A stretch of 62,586 nucleotides of DNA, counting the filler, from Pseudomonadota bacterium (GTDB lineage Bacteria; Bdellovibrionota_F; JAHFAK01; JBDREC01): the NCBI GenBank assembly GCA_043820105.1. It is 8 parts of 8 records of this genome, joined end to end, with 100 filler letters (N's around TTAATTAATTAA, not from the genome) between each part and the next. Parts side by side here need not be neighbours in the genome. Positions count along the whole stretch, not along the records: positions 4,275 to 10,591 come from JBDREC010000036.1; positions 10,692 to 18,816 come from JBDREC010000037.1; positions 18,917 to 23,311 come from JBDREC010000038.1; 5 more parts are not named here. One strand, 5' to 3'. Shown here piece by piece: positions 9,055 through 19,387 of this stretch (the stretch's first letter is position 1; every line of letters starts with the position of its first letter). A program made the position numbers and the translations under genes. The notes beneath the pieces were generated by a model. The model saw nothing but the letters and a program-made list of their open reading frames with translations. It was not told where the DNA came from and searched no databases.

Positions 9055-9564
9055 ATGTCTAATGAATTTGATCAATTACTAGAGAATAAAAATTTAACAG
9101 AAAGCAGCGAGAATGTTTTAACCCATCATAGCGAGGATTCCAATGGTTTTGTTTTGAAAGTAAAGGGGCATGTAATTAAATCAGTTGAAGAACTTCCGAT
9201 TTGTCCAATAATAAGAGAAGTTGTTAATTCAAGTTATGAAATTTCAAGACGAGCAACTTTTGTGAAAGATTCAATTTTGGTTGAAGACGTTCGCAGGACT
9301 TCTATAAAAATGCCCGGATCCCTGGTTTCAGGTTTTGATATGGGTGCAAAACTAGTCTTAGTAGATCATTTGATTAAGGTAAAGGGGTATTGCGGAGAGC
9401 TTAAAGCTTATTACACACTCGCCTTGGATCAAAGATATATTGATGACGAAATGTATATTGATATGCTAGAAAAATGTAAAAAGATTACTTTGTTTGCTGA
9501 TAAAATGATTCTTTGTCTAAAGGGTAATAAAATTAAGCAGATGATGACTAAGAAGTTAGGGTGA
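9055..9564 (+). CDS. Divergent four-helix-bundle (23S rRNA IVS-like) protein with N-terminal extension
   Basis: IKSVEEL...FVKDSILVEDVRRTS...SGFD...KGYCGEL...ALDQRYI follows the family pattern in degenerate form. Confidence 0.65.
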   Translation: MSNEFDQLLENKNLTESSENVLTHHSEDSNGFVLKVKGHVIKSVEELPICPIIREVVNSSYEISRRATFVKDSILVEDVRRTSIKMPGSLVSGFDMGAKLVLVDHLIKVKGYCGELKAYYTLALDQRYIDDEMYIDMLEKCKKITLFADKMILCLKGNKIKQMMTKKLG

Positions 9565-9679
9565 CCATTCTAATAATTTCTAATGTTATAGAGTATAGCT
9601 TGCATGATAAATATTTGCAATTGTGGTTTGATTTTTAGATTATATAAAAATTTGATTGAGAAAAAAATGAGTTGAATTA

Positions 9680-10201
9680 TTAATCTTCAACTTCAGTCAC
9701 TAGACCTTGATCTTTTGTTGCATCGCCGGTTCCCATTTTATCTCTTACGATATGTTGTTGATATCTGCCTAATGTATCATCATCATCTAGATCTTGCCAA
9801 ACAAATATCGCGCATTCAGTAATAGGATCTCCACAATCAACCTCAACGGTTCCATATAAGTCACCATCAGGAACAAAACCAATTATTTTCGCGTCAGTAT
9901 TATTTGCCACAATGCTTTGTGATCCAGGAGTTTTACTTCCAGTAAGTTTGGCAAATTGTCCTGTGTTCCATGGTGTTGCTGCTGCGCCTGCACCATTAGC
10001 TCCTGTAAATTTATGAAATTTTGCATTGTCAATGTTGTAATCTGCTTGAGCAGCAAATACGCCATTTACAACCATTCCTACTTCACTTCTTTTTGACTTT
10101 TTAATATAAGCCATAAAAGATGGGATCGCAATAGCTGCCAAAATGCCGATAATGGCAACAACGATCATTAGTTCGACCAGTGTAAAACCTTTCTTTTTCA
10201 T
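9680..10201 (-). CDS. pilA: Type IV pilin (paralogue 3, sigma-54 driven)
   Basis: Same prepilin N-terminus; upstream sigma-54 promoter, IHF site and enhancer palindromes. Confidence 0.9.
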   Translation of the reverse strand: MKKKGFTLVELMIVVAIIGILAAIAIPSFMAYIKKSKRSEVGMVVNGVFAAQADYNIDNAKFHKFTGANGAGAAATPWNTGQFAKLTGSKTPGSQSIVANNTDAKIIGFVPDGDLYGTVEVDCGDPITECAIFVWQDLDDDDTLGRYQQHIVRDKMGTGDATKDQGLVTEVED

Positions 10202-10220
10202 AGTGTTCTCCTTGTTTTTT

Positions 10221-10357
10221 TTGTTGCTAGTTGCTGGTAAATTCCTTGAGAAACTAACAACAATAATTTAATTATAATTTCCAACTCAAGGGATCCTGAT
10301 TTTCATCAGGATGACGAAAAACTTATTTTCTTGTTCCCTTGCGCTCCTGTTCTCTTT
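10221..10357. repeat. Pilin leader built from an octamer array, a GTCAT REP and inverted heptamers
   Basis: cttgttcc-cttgcgct-cctgttct (10330-10355); GGGATCCTGA-ttttca-TCAGGATGACGA (10290-10317); gttgcta-gttgctg ... aactaacaacaa (10223-10263). Confidence 0.75.
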
Positions 10358-10361
10358 TTAA

Positions 10362-10376
10362 GCAAGTTCCATGCCA
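10362..10376 (-). promoter_or_regulatory. Sigma-54 -24/-12 promoter of pilin 3
   Basis: Minus strand TGGCAT-GGAAC-TTGC. Confidence 0.85.
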
Positions 10377-10391
10377 AAATAGGTGATTTTA

Positions 10392-10404
10392 TAAGTGTTT
10401 GATT
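10392..10404 (-). promoter_or_regulatory. IHF site
   Basis: AATCAA-ACAC-TTA matches WATCAANNNNTTR, between promoter and enhancer sites. Confidence 0.7.
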
Positions 10405-10447
10405 TCATTGGAAAGTCAAAATGGGAAAAGCTTTGAAAAAGCAAAAA

Positions 10448-10550
10448 GTGACAAAAATTGTCAGGCGAGGTGACGAAAATTGTCACCTGATTTTTAAGTG
10501 TTTGAAAAGATAGCAAAAATGCGCTGCAGCATGGTGACGAAAATTGTCAC
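10448..10550. promoter_or_regulatory. Three palindromic enhancer sites (PilR-type activator)
   Basis: GTGACAAAAATTGTCA (10448), GGTGACGAAAATTGTCACC (10469), GGTGACGAAAATTGTCAC (10533). Confidence 0.75.
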
Positions 10551-11452
10551 TTGGCTGAAGCTCTGAGTAATCGGGGGGGGGGGGGGGGGGGNNNNNNNNN
10601 NNNNNNNNNNNNNNNNNNNNNNNNNNNNNNNNNNNTTAATTAATTAANNNNNNNNNNNNNNNNNNNNNNNNNNNNNNNNNNNNNNNNNNNNCAATAAATA
10701 TAAGAGAAAATACTTAAAGCAAAGATTAAATGGATTGTCTGAAAGTTCGAGCATCTTAACGGCGTCAAGGATGATATCAACTGATTTGTGGGGTATATTT
10801 AAGTATGTGAATAAACAATAAGCTTTAACCCAGTAGGCATAAATTTTTATTATAATCTTTTAAAATTATAAGTTCTGCTGGATTTTCCAGTGATGTATCC
10901 ATCTGCTCTGTATTATAGATTGTGATAATCTAGTGCCATTTATACACATTGGAAGGCAATTATCCAAATAATAATTTAAACAGGCTGATTTTTAAATGGC
11001 TAAAAAATATTAAAATAAGACCCATTTAAAAGCTATGTTTCAGATAGACAGATGAAGCTTAAAGCTTATATTGTTTTTGATGAACTGTTATATAATTTAG
11101 AAAAGAGAAAATAATTATTATGTGTACAGGTATCCAATTATGATTGATCGCTCGAGGCAAAGTAAAAAAACGTTATTCTGCCTAGTTGTATACTATTATT
11201 TGTTGACTTTGCTTTTCATAGACAATTCTTGGTCAAATGCAAATAGAGAAAAATAATTTAATAATAGGAAAAAAGATAAAAATAATATGATATAACGATG
11301 AATGTTTTTTTTCACAATGTAAACCCCAGTTTAAAGAAGATACGCTAAAGTCGAAAATATTCATAGAACATCTAATGCGATAGGTCAAATAATTTGTGAC
11401 CCATCTTTAACACTTGGGGAATAAGCACAATAATATTAGGTGGTTAGAAAGA

Positions 11453-11900
11453 GGGTTTCGGTACTTAATTAGAATTTAGCTAATAATTTCGAAGGCTTAA
11501 GTAGTTGAGATATTCCCAGTTTTGTCAGTGTTGATTTTATGGCTTTGCTTGGTTTTGCAAGATCTGACTTTTTCAATTTCCCTAGTTTCATTTTTCCTAT
11601 CACTGTTTCTGCAAGCTCATCCAATAAGACCCTAAAAGTATAGCCTACATTTTTTAAACCTAGATCAGATAATTTTTCGTCTATTACCTTTTCTATAAAA
11701 TATGCAATTACACATATTGAATAATGTGCAAAAACATGTTCTTCCTTGTAGACATACCATGGCCTTAATTTTATTAATGACTTCATTGTCCTAAATGCTT
11801 CTTCTATTTTTGATTTTTCCCTATAATGATATATCATCTCTTCTACTGATAAATCAGAACTTGGGGAGCTTATTAATGCATATAAACCATCTAGTTTTTC
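11453..11900 (-). mobile_element. IS1634-family transposase C-terminal remnant
   Basis: DGLYALISS..LSVEEMIYHY..KIEEAFRTMKS.IKLRPWY..EEHVFAHYSICVIAY; upstream part degenerate. Confidence 0.8.
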
Positions 11901-12634
11901 AAATGGTTCAAATCTAAATTTAATTTTAAATGTCTTTACTTTTTTATAATAACCTTGCGAAGGAAATGGATTGTTCTTTTTTCTTTGAAATATCTTATTA
12001 TCATTTTTGTATTCAAAAAGTTCATAAGCAATATGGTTTTTTTAGTTAAGTCTTTTGAGCTCTGTTTCAACATCTTTTGCTATTGCAACTTTTGTTGCAT
12101 CCTTTTTAATGGAACTCAATATGACGAATATTTTTCCTTGCCTAGTAATTTCATTTCCAATATGTGATTCTGTATCTCCCATGTTAATAGGAACTAAACT
12201 TGTAAAATCATCGAACTCTGAAGTATTCATATGCTTTCTTATTTTTAACTTCTTCTTCCAATATAAAAACTTCTTGTAATCAAGATTATGCTTTCTGCAA
12301 TAACTTGCTATTTATTTTTTTTATACTTCTTGTACGATGTAACATGATTCTTCCAAAAATCCTTGTTTTGATTCTCTTCTTCTATAAATGAATCTATAGA
12401 AACTTGTCCATCCATTTTTCATGCCTGCTTATTTCAATGACTAATGATTGATTTCTTACATATTTATTGAGCTTGAGCAAGACGGGTTCCCTAGTCGCTT
12501 ACCTAGCAAATATAGAAGTCTTTTTCATCTACTCATATCTATTCCCATCTATTTGATATTATTGAGTTTCACTATAAGTCCGGCTGACTCTTCTTTAATT
12601 AAGTAAACAAACTTGAAAAATGCGTTTAAATTTC

Positions 12635-12898
12635 CTACCACCAAGGAGAATTGCCGTCATCACATCCCCCGAATGGACTGTTGCCAGAATAGCACGCAGA
12701 AAATGAAGTTGCCGAACCACCACTGATGCAACTATAGTTTCCGCTATCTCCTGAACCACCATTACAATAACCAATTGCATCACCGCCAGTGGAGCAATAA
12801 CCCGGGTCCCAAGATTTTGAAGCACCCGAACCATCAGCACACCATGATTTCGTGTTATCAGAAACAAATAAATTAACAACTGGTTTTTGATATTTCAT
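12635..12898 (-). CDS. Cys/Gly-rich CxxG-repeat RiPP-like precursor peptide
   Basis: Leader MKYQKPVV (YxxP) and 6 CxxG motifs; shares GSGAS, GSGDS, GNSPF and CISG with 7133..7477. Confidence 0.75.
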   Translation of the reverse strand: MKYQKPVVNLFVSDNTKSWCADGSGASKSWDPGYCSTGGDAIGYCNGGSGDSGNYSCISGGSATSFSACYSGNSPFGGCDDGNSPWW

Positions 12899-13005
12899 GC
12901 TATTTCATTCTTCCTTTGAATTGCGTTTTTACAAGTATAATAAATTTTTATTGAAATTAAATCAAGTAAATATTCTATCATTGTTGCCAAACAATCATAT
13001 GGGGC

Positions 13006-14227
13006 CTAGTGTCATGTCAAGCGTCTAATGTCGGATAAAGGCGAGCTAATTTTATCCTAGCGTTATCAGAAGTAAATTGCCAGTTTACTTTTGCATTTTT
13101 ATTATTTCTAACTTCTTGCCATGCTTTAACCTCTTTTTTTACAAGCTCAATATCATCAAGCCTTCTTTTTAGGCACTGCCCAGGGAGTACATTCAATTCA
13201 ATTTCTGCCATATTCAACCAACTGCCATGCTTAGGTGTGTATATAAATTCGAACCTATCCCAAAGTTTCTTTGCTTTTTCAGGATTAAATGTTTCGTAAA
13301 ATGCCCCAGGATCATGTGTATTTAGATTGTCCATAACCAATGTTATTTTTTTTGAATCTTCATATCGATCACTAATATCTTCTAAAAAATGTGCCCAGTC
13401 TTTTTTTGTTTTTCTTTCGGTGATCGATACCATTCTTTTTCCCGCCAATGGCTCACAAGCAAGGAATATATTACAAACACCACAACGCCTATATTCGTAA
13501 TCATATTTTGCAGATTGCCCAGCTGATGCTGCAATCGGAGCCTTTGTTTCAGCAATAAGTTGCTTCGGTGATTCATCCATACATACAACAGGAAAGTCTT
13601 GGTTATAAGAACGCTTGTAAACGTCCAATACCATTTCCATCCTTGCAACAAAACTGCCATTTTCTTTTGGCGGAATCACCCAACCTTTTTTTTGCCAGGG
13701 TTTAATTTCGTTTTTTTTAATATATTACGAATCGATTCATGGGAAATATTATCAATGTATTCAAGTTCAACAACTTTGTCTGCCAATAGTCGTAACGACC
13801 ATCTTGCAAAACCTTCCGGCGGTTCGCTGCAACTCAATGCAACTAAATGGGCTTCAAAATCGCCATCTGCTTTTTTTGAATAAACTCGACTGCCCTTATT
13901 TCCATTTAAAGCGACATCAATGCTCTTTTCTACAAAACGCCTCTTAACTCGATCGATCCTTTTCATGCTTATATTTAGAACTCGGGAAATTTCTTTATTT
14001 AACGACCGTTCGTCTTGAAATTCTCCTTCATCGCATCCAAGTAAAATCAACGCATTGATTACTTTCTGCGATCTATGTTGGCCTCGAGTGGTCAGTGATT
14101 CCAAGGTTTCTCGTTCCTCTTCCGTTAAGGTTATAATATATTTCTTCACGATCAATCCTCCTTGTGTTGATTATGAAGAAATTAGTATCACATTTTATGC
14201 GACATTGCAAGCTTGACATGACACTAG
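13006..14227 (-). mobile_element. Complete IS630-family element
   Basis: Perfect inverted ends CTAGTGTCATGTCAAGC (13006) / GCTTGACATGACACTAG (14227); HTH and DDE ORFs inside. Confidence 0.93.
13017..14155 (-). CDS. IS630 transposase, two ORFs (13676..14155 HTH, 13017..13679 DDE) joined by a probable -1 frameshift
   Basis: A8 run at 13711-13718 gives LKKNEIKPWQKKGWVIPP; VCMDE, VMDNLNTH and SWLNMAEIE DDE motifs. Confidence 0.9.
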
Positions 14228-14795
14228 ATTCAATATAACCATTTTGAATCGTAAAACCACTTATCAAGAAATAAAGTGCTTCATCTTCATAAATTGCATA
14301 ATCATACGTATTTATTTCAATAACAGAACCCAAGGATCTTCCATCAATTATTGTGTTTTCAGCTCCTTCGGTACTTAATAATTCAACAGACACATCGCCC
14401 ATAATAATATTTTCATAATAAACACCTGGAACTACAGCAATTGAATCATATTCTTCTGCTTCATCTGCTTGGTCTTCTGTAACTTCAGATTCTTCGATTT
14501 CTTCTTCAGGTTCTTCGACTTCTTCAGAAGGTGCTTCTTCATTAATGTTTGTTTGTGGATTTTCATCTGTATCTGGTTCTTCAAAAATTACTTCTTCCAC
14601 AGGCGAAACATCTCCTTCTGTTTCCTGCACTGGAGCTCCCTCATTATCAAGTGAATCATCAAGGTCTGAATTCTCAACATTAGAATTTACAGCAATTTCT
14701 AAATTTGAAAGTTCTTCTAAATTTCCACATGAAACTACTAAAAATAAACTTGGAATTGCCATTACTACTATAAATATTTTACATGAATTTAACAT
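14228..14795 (-). pseudogene. Lipoprotein with acidic linker and start of a parallel beta-helix, truncated by IS630
   Basis: Lipobox-like LVVSC; VVPGVYYENI..TIIDG..GSVI..ISGFTIQNG beta-helix entry; reading frame then enters the IS end. Confidence 0.75.
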
Positions 14796-14846
14796 TATTT
14801 CTCCTCCTTAAAATTTCTCTTTTTAATAAGCTAATATTTAGCAGTT

Positions 14847-14861
14847 GCGAATCTTGTGCCA
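14847..14861 (-). promoter_or_regulatory. Sigma-54-like promoter
   Basis: TGGCAC-AAGAT-TCGC about 50 bp upstream of the 14795 start. Confidence 0.6.
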
Positions 14862-15095
14862 ATTTTGCCAGCACCGAAGAAGTCGAGTCATATAAGGATG
14901 TTACGCGATCAAGCAAGGTTTTTATAAATACAACAGAGGAATAAATAACACATTTATTAATTTTGAATCTTGAATTTTGAATTATTAATGCTGCTGGGCT
15001 CAAAAATACTATAGCTACACAAGCCTATTGACATATTGAGCCAATTCTATTATTAATTATTTCTATTTCTTAATTGCATAAAATTAGGACTTATC

Positions 15096-16706
15096 ATGAA
15101 GAAAACCATACTATTTTCTTTTATTTTTCTTTTTACTTCAATGACATTTGCTATACAAGACCTAACATTTGAACAAAAATTAAACAAAATAAATAAAAGG
15201 GCCTTTGTTAAAGAGCTCTTAGAAAAGCTTGAAAGATATGATGGAGAAATATTAGAAAGTAAAAAAAATAGAACTACAAGTTGGATTGAAATTAAAAGAA
15301 TTTTTAATGCAGACATAAAAAATGCAAAAACTAATCAAGATTTTGGGTATGCGATTTTAAAGCTAGCAAACTATTATAAAGCTTTTCATACAACCATTGA
15401 TGGTAACAAAAAGCTACGGCCTGAAAACTATGCTAAATGGCGTTATCCAGCAATTAAGTTTGTTCCAAGAACCGTTTGCAATGAAAATAAAAAAGTTGAA
15501 TATTTTGTGAACTGGATTTCTAGTAATTTTCATACCAATGAAAAAATTAAACCTCAGCTTAATGATATTTTATTAGGAATAGATGGCCAAAGCATTGAAT
15601 ATTGGCAAGATATCAGCTTTCTTTATTCAGCATATGCATTTAAATACCACAGTGACCTTGATTTTTTTGATAATTTTATAAAGGGCAAAGTATTTTCAAG
15701 GCATTTTTCTGCAAATGGTTTTAAGGCAAAATTCAAAAGAGCTGATATTGAATATGAAACATGGATTCCCTTTTCAAGGCAATATCATGACATTGAAATT
15801 AATCTGCCAAAAACTTTTAAAAATAAATATTGCAGTTCTGAAACAGCAAGATATTCTGATTTTAAACTAAAATATTCAGGACAATCAACCTGCATTTATG
15901 AAAAAATTGACAACCCCAAAATAGCACTCTTGCGAATCTCAACTTTTTTGCATTTAGAAAATAGCAGTGGAAATAAAGTAAGCGACATTGATGAAGTTGA
16001 ACATTTACGTGATTTTTGGATTAGTCAGTCAAATTCTTGGTCAAAATTAATTATTGATGTTTCAGACAATGGCGGTGGAAATGAATTTGTTGAATTATTT
16101 AAAATCCTTTTGACTACAGATTTTCAAGATCAATACTATACACTAAAAAAAGATCATGACCTTGAAGCTTTATTTTATGGCAAACTCCCATATCTACAGA
16201 AATATCTGTCAAGCCCATCATATTTAAACCTTCCATATGGTAAGTTTATAATGCCAGTCCCACAATTTCCTGTTAAAGGCTCTAAAGATCCCTTAAATGA
16301 AAGACATAAACCATTTGAACATGCTTTTAAAGGAAAAATAAAACTAATTATAAACCATAATTGCATTTCATCATGCAGTGGCTTTGCCTGGGTATTGAAA
16401 AAATATTTACTAGAGGATCAATTAGAAATTATTGGAATTGAAGATGCAGCTGACACAACTTATTTAAGGGGATTTTTAAGTGCTACTTTTAGTTCAAATA
16501 AGAATGCTTACACTATACAGCTAAAAGATCAACCAACTGAAACTAATGACTTAATCTTTGACTGGTATATTGCTCTAAGCCAAACGAGCGATGAAAAAGG
16601 TAATTTTCAAAGCTTCATACCCACCCCTGTTGATGTTTATGTTCCATATATGGGTAATTATAAGAGCTGGCTTAGTAAATCATTAGATGTTGCTCTAAGT
16701 AATTAG
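15096..16706 (+). CDS. Secreted S41-family peptidase-like protein
   Basis: Signal peptide; IALLRISTF, LIIDVSDNGGG, LIINHNCISSC motifs. Confidence 0.7.
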   Translation: MKKTILFSFIFLFTSMTFAIQDLTFEQKLNKINKRAFVKELLEKLERYDGEILESKKNRTTSWIEIKRIFNADIKNAKTNQDFGYAILKLANYYKAFHTTIDGNKKLRPENYAKWRYPAIKFVPRTVCNENKKVEYFVNWISSNFHTNEKIKPQLNDILLGIDGQSIEYWQDISFLYSAYAFKYHSDLDFFDNFIKGKVFSRHFSANGFKAKFKRADIEYETWIPFSRQYHDIEINLPKTFKNKYCSSETARYSDFKLKYSGQSTCIYEKIDNPKIALLRISTFLHLENSSGNKVSDIDEVEHLRDFWISQSNSWSKLIIDVSDNGGGNEFVELFKILLTTDFQDQYYTLKKDHDLEALFYGKLPYLQKYLSSPSYLNLPYGKFIMPVPQFPVKGSKDPLNERHKPFEHAFKGKIKLIINHNCISSCSGFAWVLKKYLLEDQLEIIGIEDAADTTYLRGFLSATFSSNKNAYTIQLKDQPTETNDLIFDWYIALSQTSDEKGNFQSFIPTPVDVYVPYMGNYKSWLSKSLDVALSN

Positions 16707-16738
16707 AAGTAAAACATAGTGCCAGGCTCAAATATCTA

Positions 16739-17290
16739 TTAGTTAATTTCACTTAACTCATTAATGAAGCTTTGTAATTCTTCGCTTGAAATAGCTTCAA
16801 TAATATTTCCAATAGGTCTTAAATAGATAGAATCTCTATAGATATCAAGTCTGCGCTGCTCATCCAGCCTATTATAGCTTTTGGCAACAATACTAATTCT
16901 AATATCACTTTTAATACTGCAAGCATTATCTAAAGATTCAACAACTGTTGTAAGCAATAGATATGATGAGGTGTATTTTTGTCTATCAAACCTGCCAATT
17001 ACTTCAAGTATCTCTTGACATGCCCTTTGTGGAGAATTTAGGAGATTTGGATTTTCAGCTGTTCGCCTTGTATCCATTATAAAGCTTTCTGCTAATAATT
17101 TTGTTAAACCATCACCAATATTTACTTTACAACCATCATTTGTGTTTGCTTTTAAATAAGCCCTTATTTGATTTTGGGTAAATGACAAAATAGCATTTTC
17201 GTTTTTAGCTTCATAATCATAACCAGCTCCATCTGCAAAGATAAATGTAGAAATTGATAAAATTGACAAAATAATAAGTTTTTTAAGCAT
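16739..17290 (-). CDS. Secreted hypothetical protein
   Basis: Signal peptide, GGAG RBS; sigma-54-like TGGCAT-CAACT-TTGT at 17331-17345. Confidence 0.7.
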   Translation of the reverse strand: MLKKLIILSILSISTFIFADGAGYDYEAKNENAILSFTQNQIRAYLKANTNDGCKVNIGDGLTKLLAESFIMDTRRTAENPNLLNSPQRACQEILEVIGRFDRQKYTSSYLLLTTVVESLDNACSIKSDIRISIVAKSYNRLDEQRRLDIYRDSIYLRPIGNIIEAISSEELQSFINELSEIN

Positions 17291-17485
17291 AAGAAGACTC
17301 CATTATTAATACTAATATCTTTTCTAATATACAAAGTTGATGCCATTTAAAATTATTATATTTTTATCTTTAATTATAGACACTTATTCTTATATTGCTA
17401 AAAATTATATATACAATTACCGGAAAAAATCATTAAAAACTAAGATATTGGGACATTTTAGCTTGTTCATGCTTTGGCACCAGGC

Positions 17486-18679
17486 TTAATTGAAATTAGT
17501 TTTAAAATACTCTAACCTTTCTTCATAAAAGGGGATTTTTTCTCCATTTCCATTTGTTGACATAACTTCTTTGCCACCTGATATTTGGAATAATCTATAA
17601 TCTTCTGCAAATATTTCTGGGGAATCATCGTGAATTGGTATACCAATATTTTCATAAGCTGCTTCTCCCCCAACTCTTTTATCACTCAAATGACCTAATT
17701 CGTGTGTTAAGAGATGTTCAAAATAGACTTCTTTTGGGGCAGTTAGGCTAAGTTGTCTGAAATCTTCTGAATAAGTGGCACCTACTCCTCCCGCAGGGTT
17801 TATGGCAGCAAATGGAGAATCTAGCTCAATGCCATTTTTAGAATAGGTTTCATAGCCTTTTCTTAATGCCTGTCCCCCTCCTCTTGTTTCATTTTTAGCA
17901 CCTCTGAAGAAGATAAAATCAAGTTCTTCAAAATCTTCAGGGGCGTTTTTTCTTAGCTTGGCAAGTGTTTGGTCTAAAATTTCAAGATCTTCATTTGATA
18001 AAACAACTCCAATATCTCTGCGAATATCTATTCCATATTTTGCTTCAATTTCATTGATTTTAGCGCTTTCAGTCTCCTCTTGAAATTGTGTATATGCATA
18101 ATCCAGCTGATGAAGGCTTGCTTTATCAACTTTATGAGGGAAATAGAGGCCTGAAAGTCTAAAAATGATATCAAAATCAATATCATCATTATTCATTTGC
18201 ATTAAATACAAGCCTTTCATACCAGCAATGAAATTGTCTTTATCCTGAATAGCTCCTGGGAATTCACTTTCATACATTTTTGTTAAGTAGTTTGCGAAAA
18301 TTCCAGCTTCATCAATTTCCTTTTGCCAATCTTGAGATGAAGGACAGTTTCTTAATTTGTTCATATGTTCTTGAGTTAATCTTGCTGCTTCATTTATCAT
18401 TTCTTTTAATTTTAGATCAGCTTCATCTGACAGAGCCTTTATTAAAATTTCCATGGAAGAAATGTCATTTTCTTTAATTGACTGTTTTATTCTATCAAAA
18501 CAAGCCCTTGCAGCAGTTTTTCCAAAACGAACTGCAAAATCATCTTCACATAAGAGGCCATCTTGGCTAACATCTTGTTCTAAAATAGTAGTATACACAT
18601 TGGTATCTGACTTATAATTGGAGGTATCAATACAATTATCCAAAGAATATAAATTAATCATTAAAAATACGGGAAAAAA
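17486..18679 (-). CDS. Putative secreted zincin-motif protein, native N-terminus lost to an IS21-like end
   Basis: LLTHELGH (HExxH) and downstream EIFAE; residual hydrophobic signal FFPVFLMINLYS. Confidence 0.6.
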   Translation of the reverse strand, partial: FFPVFLMINLYSLDNCIDTSNYKSDTNVYTTILEQDVSQDGLLCEDDFAVRFGKTAARACFDRIKQSIKENDISSMEILIKALSDEADLKLKEMINEAARLTQEHMNKLRNCPSSQDWQKEIDEAGIFANYLTKMYESEFPGAIQDKDNFIAGMKGLYLMQMNNDDIDFDIIFRLSGLYFPHKVDKASLHQLDYAYTQFQEETESAKINEIEAKYGIDIRRDIGVVLSNEDLEILDQTLAKLRKNAPEDFEELDFIFFRGAKNETRGGGQALRKGYETYSKNGIELDSPFAAINPAGGVGATYSEDFRQLSLTAPKEVYFEHLLTHELGHLSDKRVGGEAAYENIGIPIHDDSPEIFAEDYRLFQISGGKEVMSTNGNGEKIPFYEERLEYFKTNFN

Positions 18680-18816
18680 TGCAAATCGGACGATAAACTG
18701 GTCCAGTAATCGGACGCAAAAGTGGTCCACCTACCAAAGTAAAAATAATAAAATATTGAAGGAAGCCAAAATTAAGTATTTATAAAAGGGATATTTGGGA
18801 AGTAAATTTATAATAA
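18680..18816. mobile_element. IS21-like terminal repeat region
   Basis: Begins with TG; 24-bp-period repeats AATCGGACGATAAACTGGTCCA (18684) and AATCGGACGCAAAAGTGGTCCA (18708); runs to the contig end. Confidence 0.6.
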
Positions 18817-18916
18817 NNNNNNNNNNNNNNNNNNNNNNNNNNNNNNNNNNNNNNNNNNNNTTAATTAATTAANNNNNNNNNNNNNNNNNNNNNNNNNNNN
18901 NNNNNNNNNNNNNNNN

Positions 18917-19184
18917 TATTTAATGCCAGCAAATAAGTTGTTTTTATTTTTTCTTCTTTTATTTTTTTTATTAAAGGGCAGTTTATTCCTTTTTTTTTCA
19001 GGTGATTGCATTTGGTTCTTCCCTGAAGCAATGAAAGTTGTTTTCCTATTGTATAAATACTTGAATTAGTCCTTCTGCTTATTTCATTTAAAGTCAATGG
19101 CCCTGATTTTAATTCAATAACGATTTTTTGCTGTAAAGGAGACAGTTTATCCAGAATTTCTGCTTCAGCAAAACCTTTTTCCAC
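18917..19184 (-). CDS. Small winged-HTH protein (3' end at contig edge)
   Basis: LSPLQQKIVIELKSGPLTLNEISRRTNSSIYTIGKQLSLL HTH pattern. Confidence 0.55.
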
Positions 19185-19387
19185 TCAAAATCATCCTTTA
19201 ACTCTCTAATATATAATAGCATAATTAGAAAAATGTTTTTAAACTCTTTAGTGAAAACAAACTCAATGACTTCAACATAATTTTTTTGACTAAAACTTAA
19301 AGTATTTAAAGAAGTATTGCTTAATTATTATCAGAAAACATTTTTTTAATAAAATAAAAAAATTTTAATCATTTAAGGGGGGATTTA

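Noticed and set aside
8754-9564. Diversity-generating retroelement (pilin fragment as template, four-helix bundle as Avd)
   Set aside because: No reverse transcriptase in the window, and fragment-versus-pilin differences are not confined to adenines.
10573-10591. G19 run near the pilin promoter (possible G-quadruplex or phase-variation tract)
   Set aside because: Lies exactly at a contig end in AT-rich DNA; most likely a poly-G sequencing artefact.
10692-11450. Possible decayed gene(s), including a PHKSVDIILDAVKML glycosyltransferase-like stretch
   Set aside because: Too short and interrupted to assign by eye.
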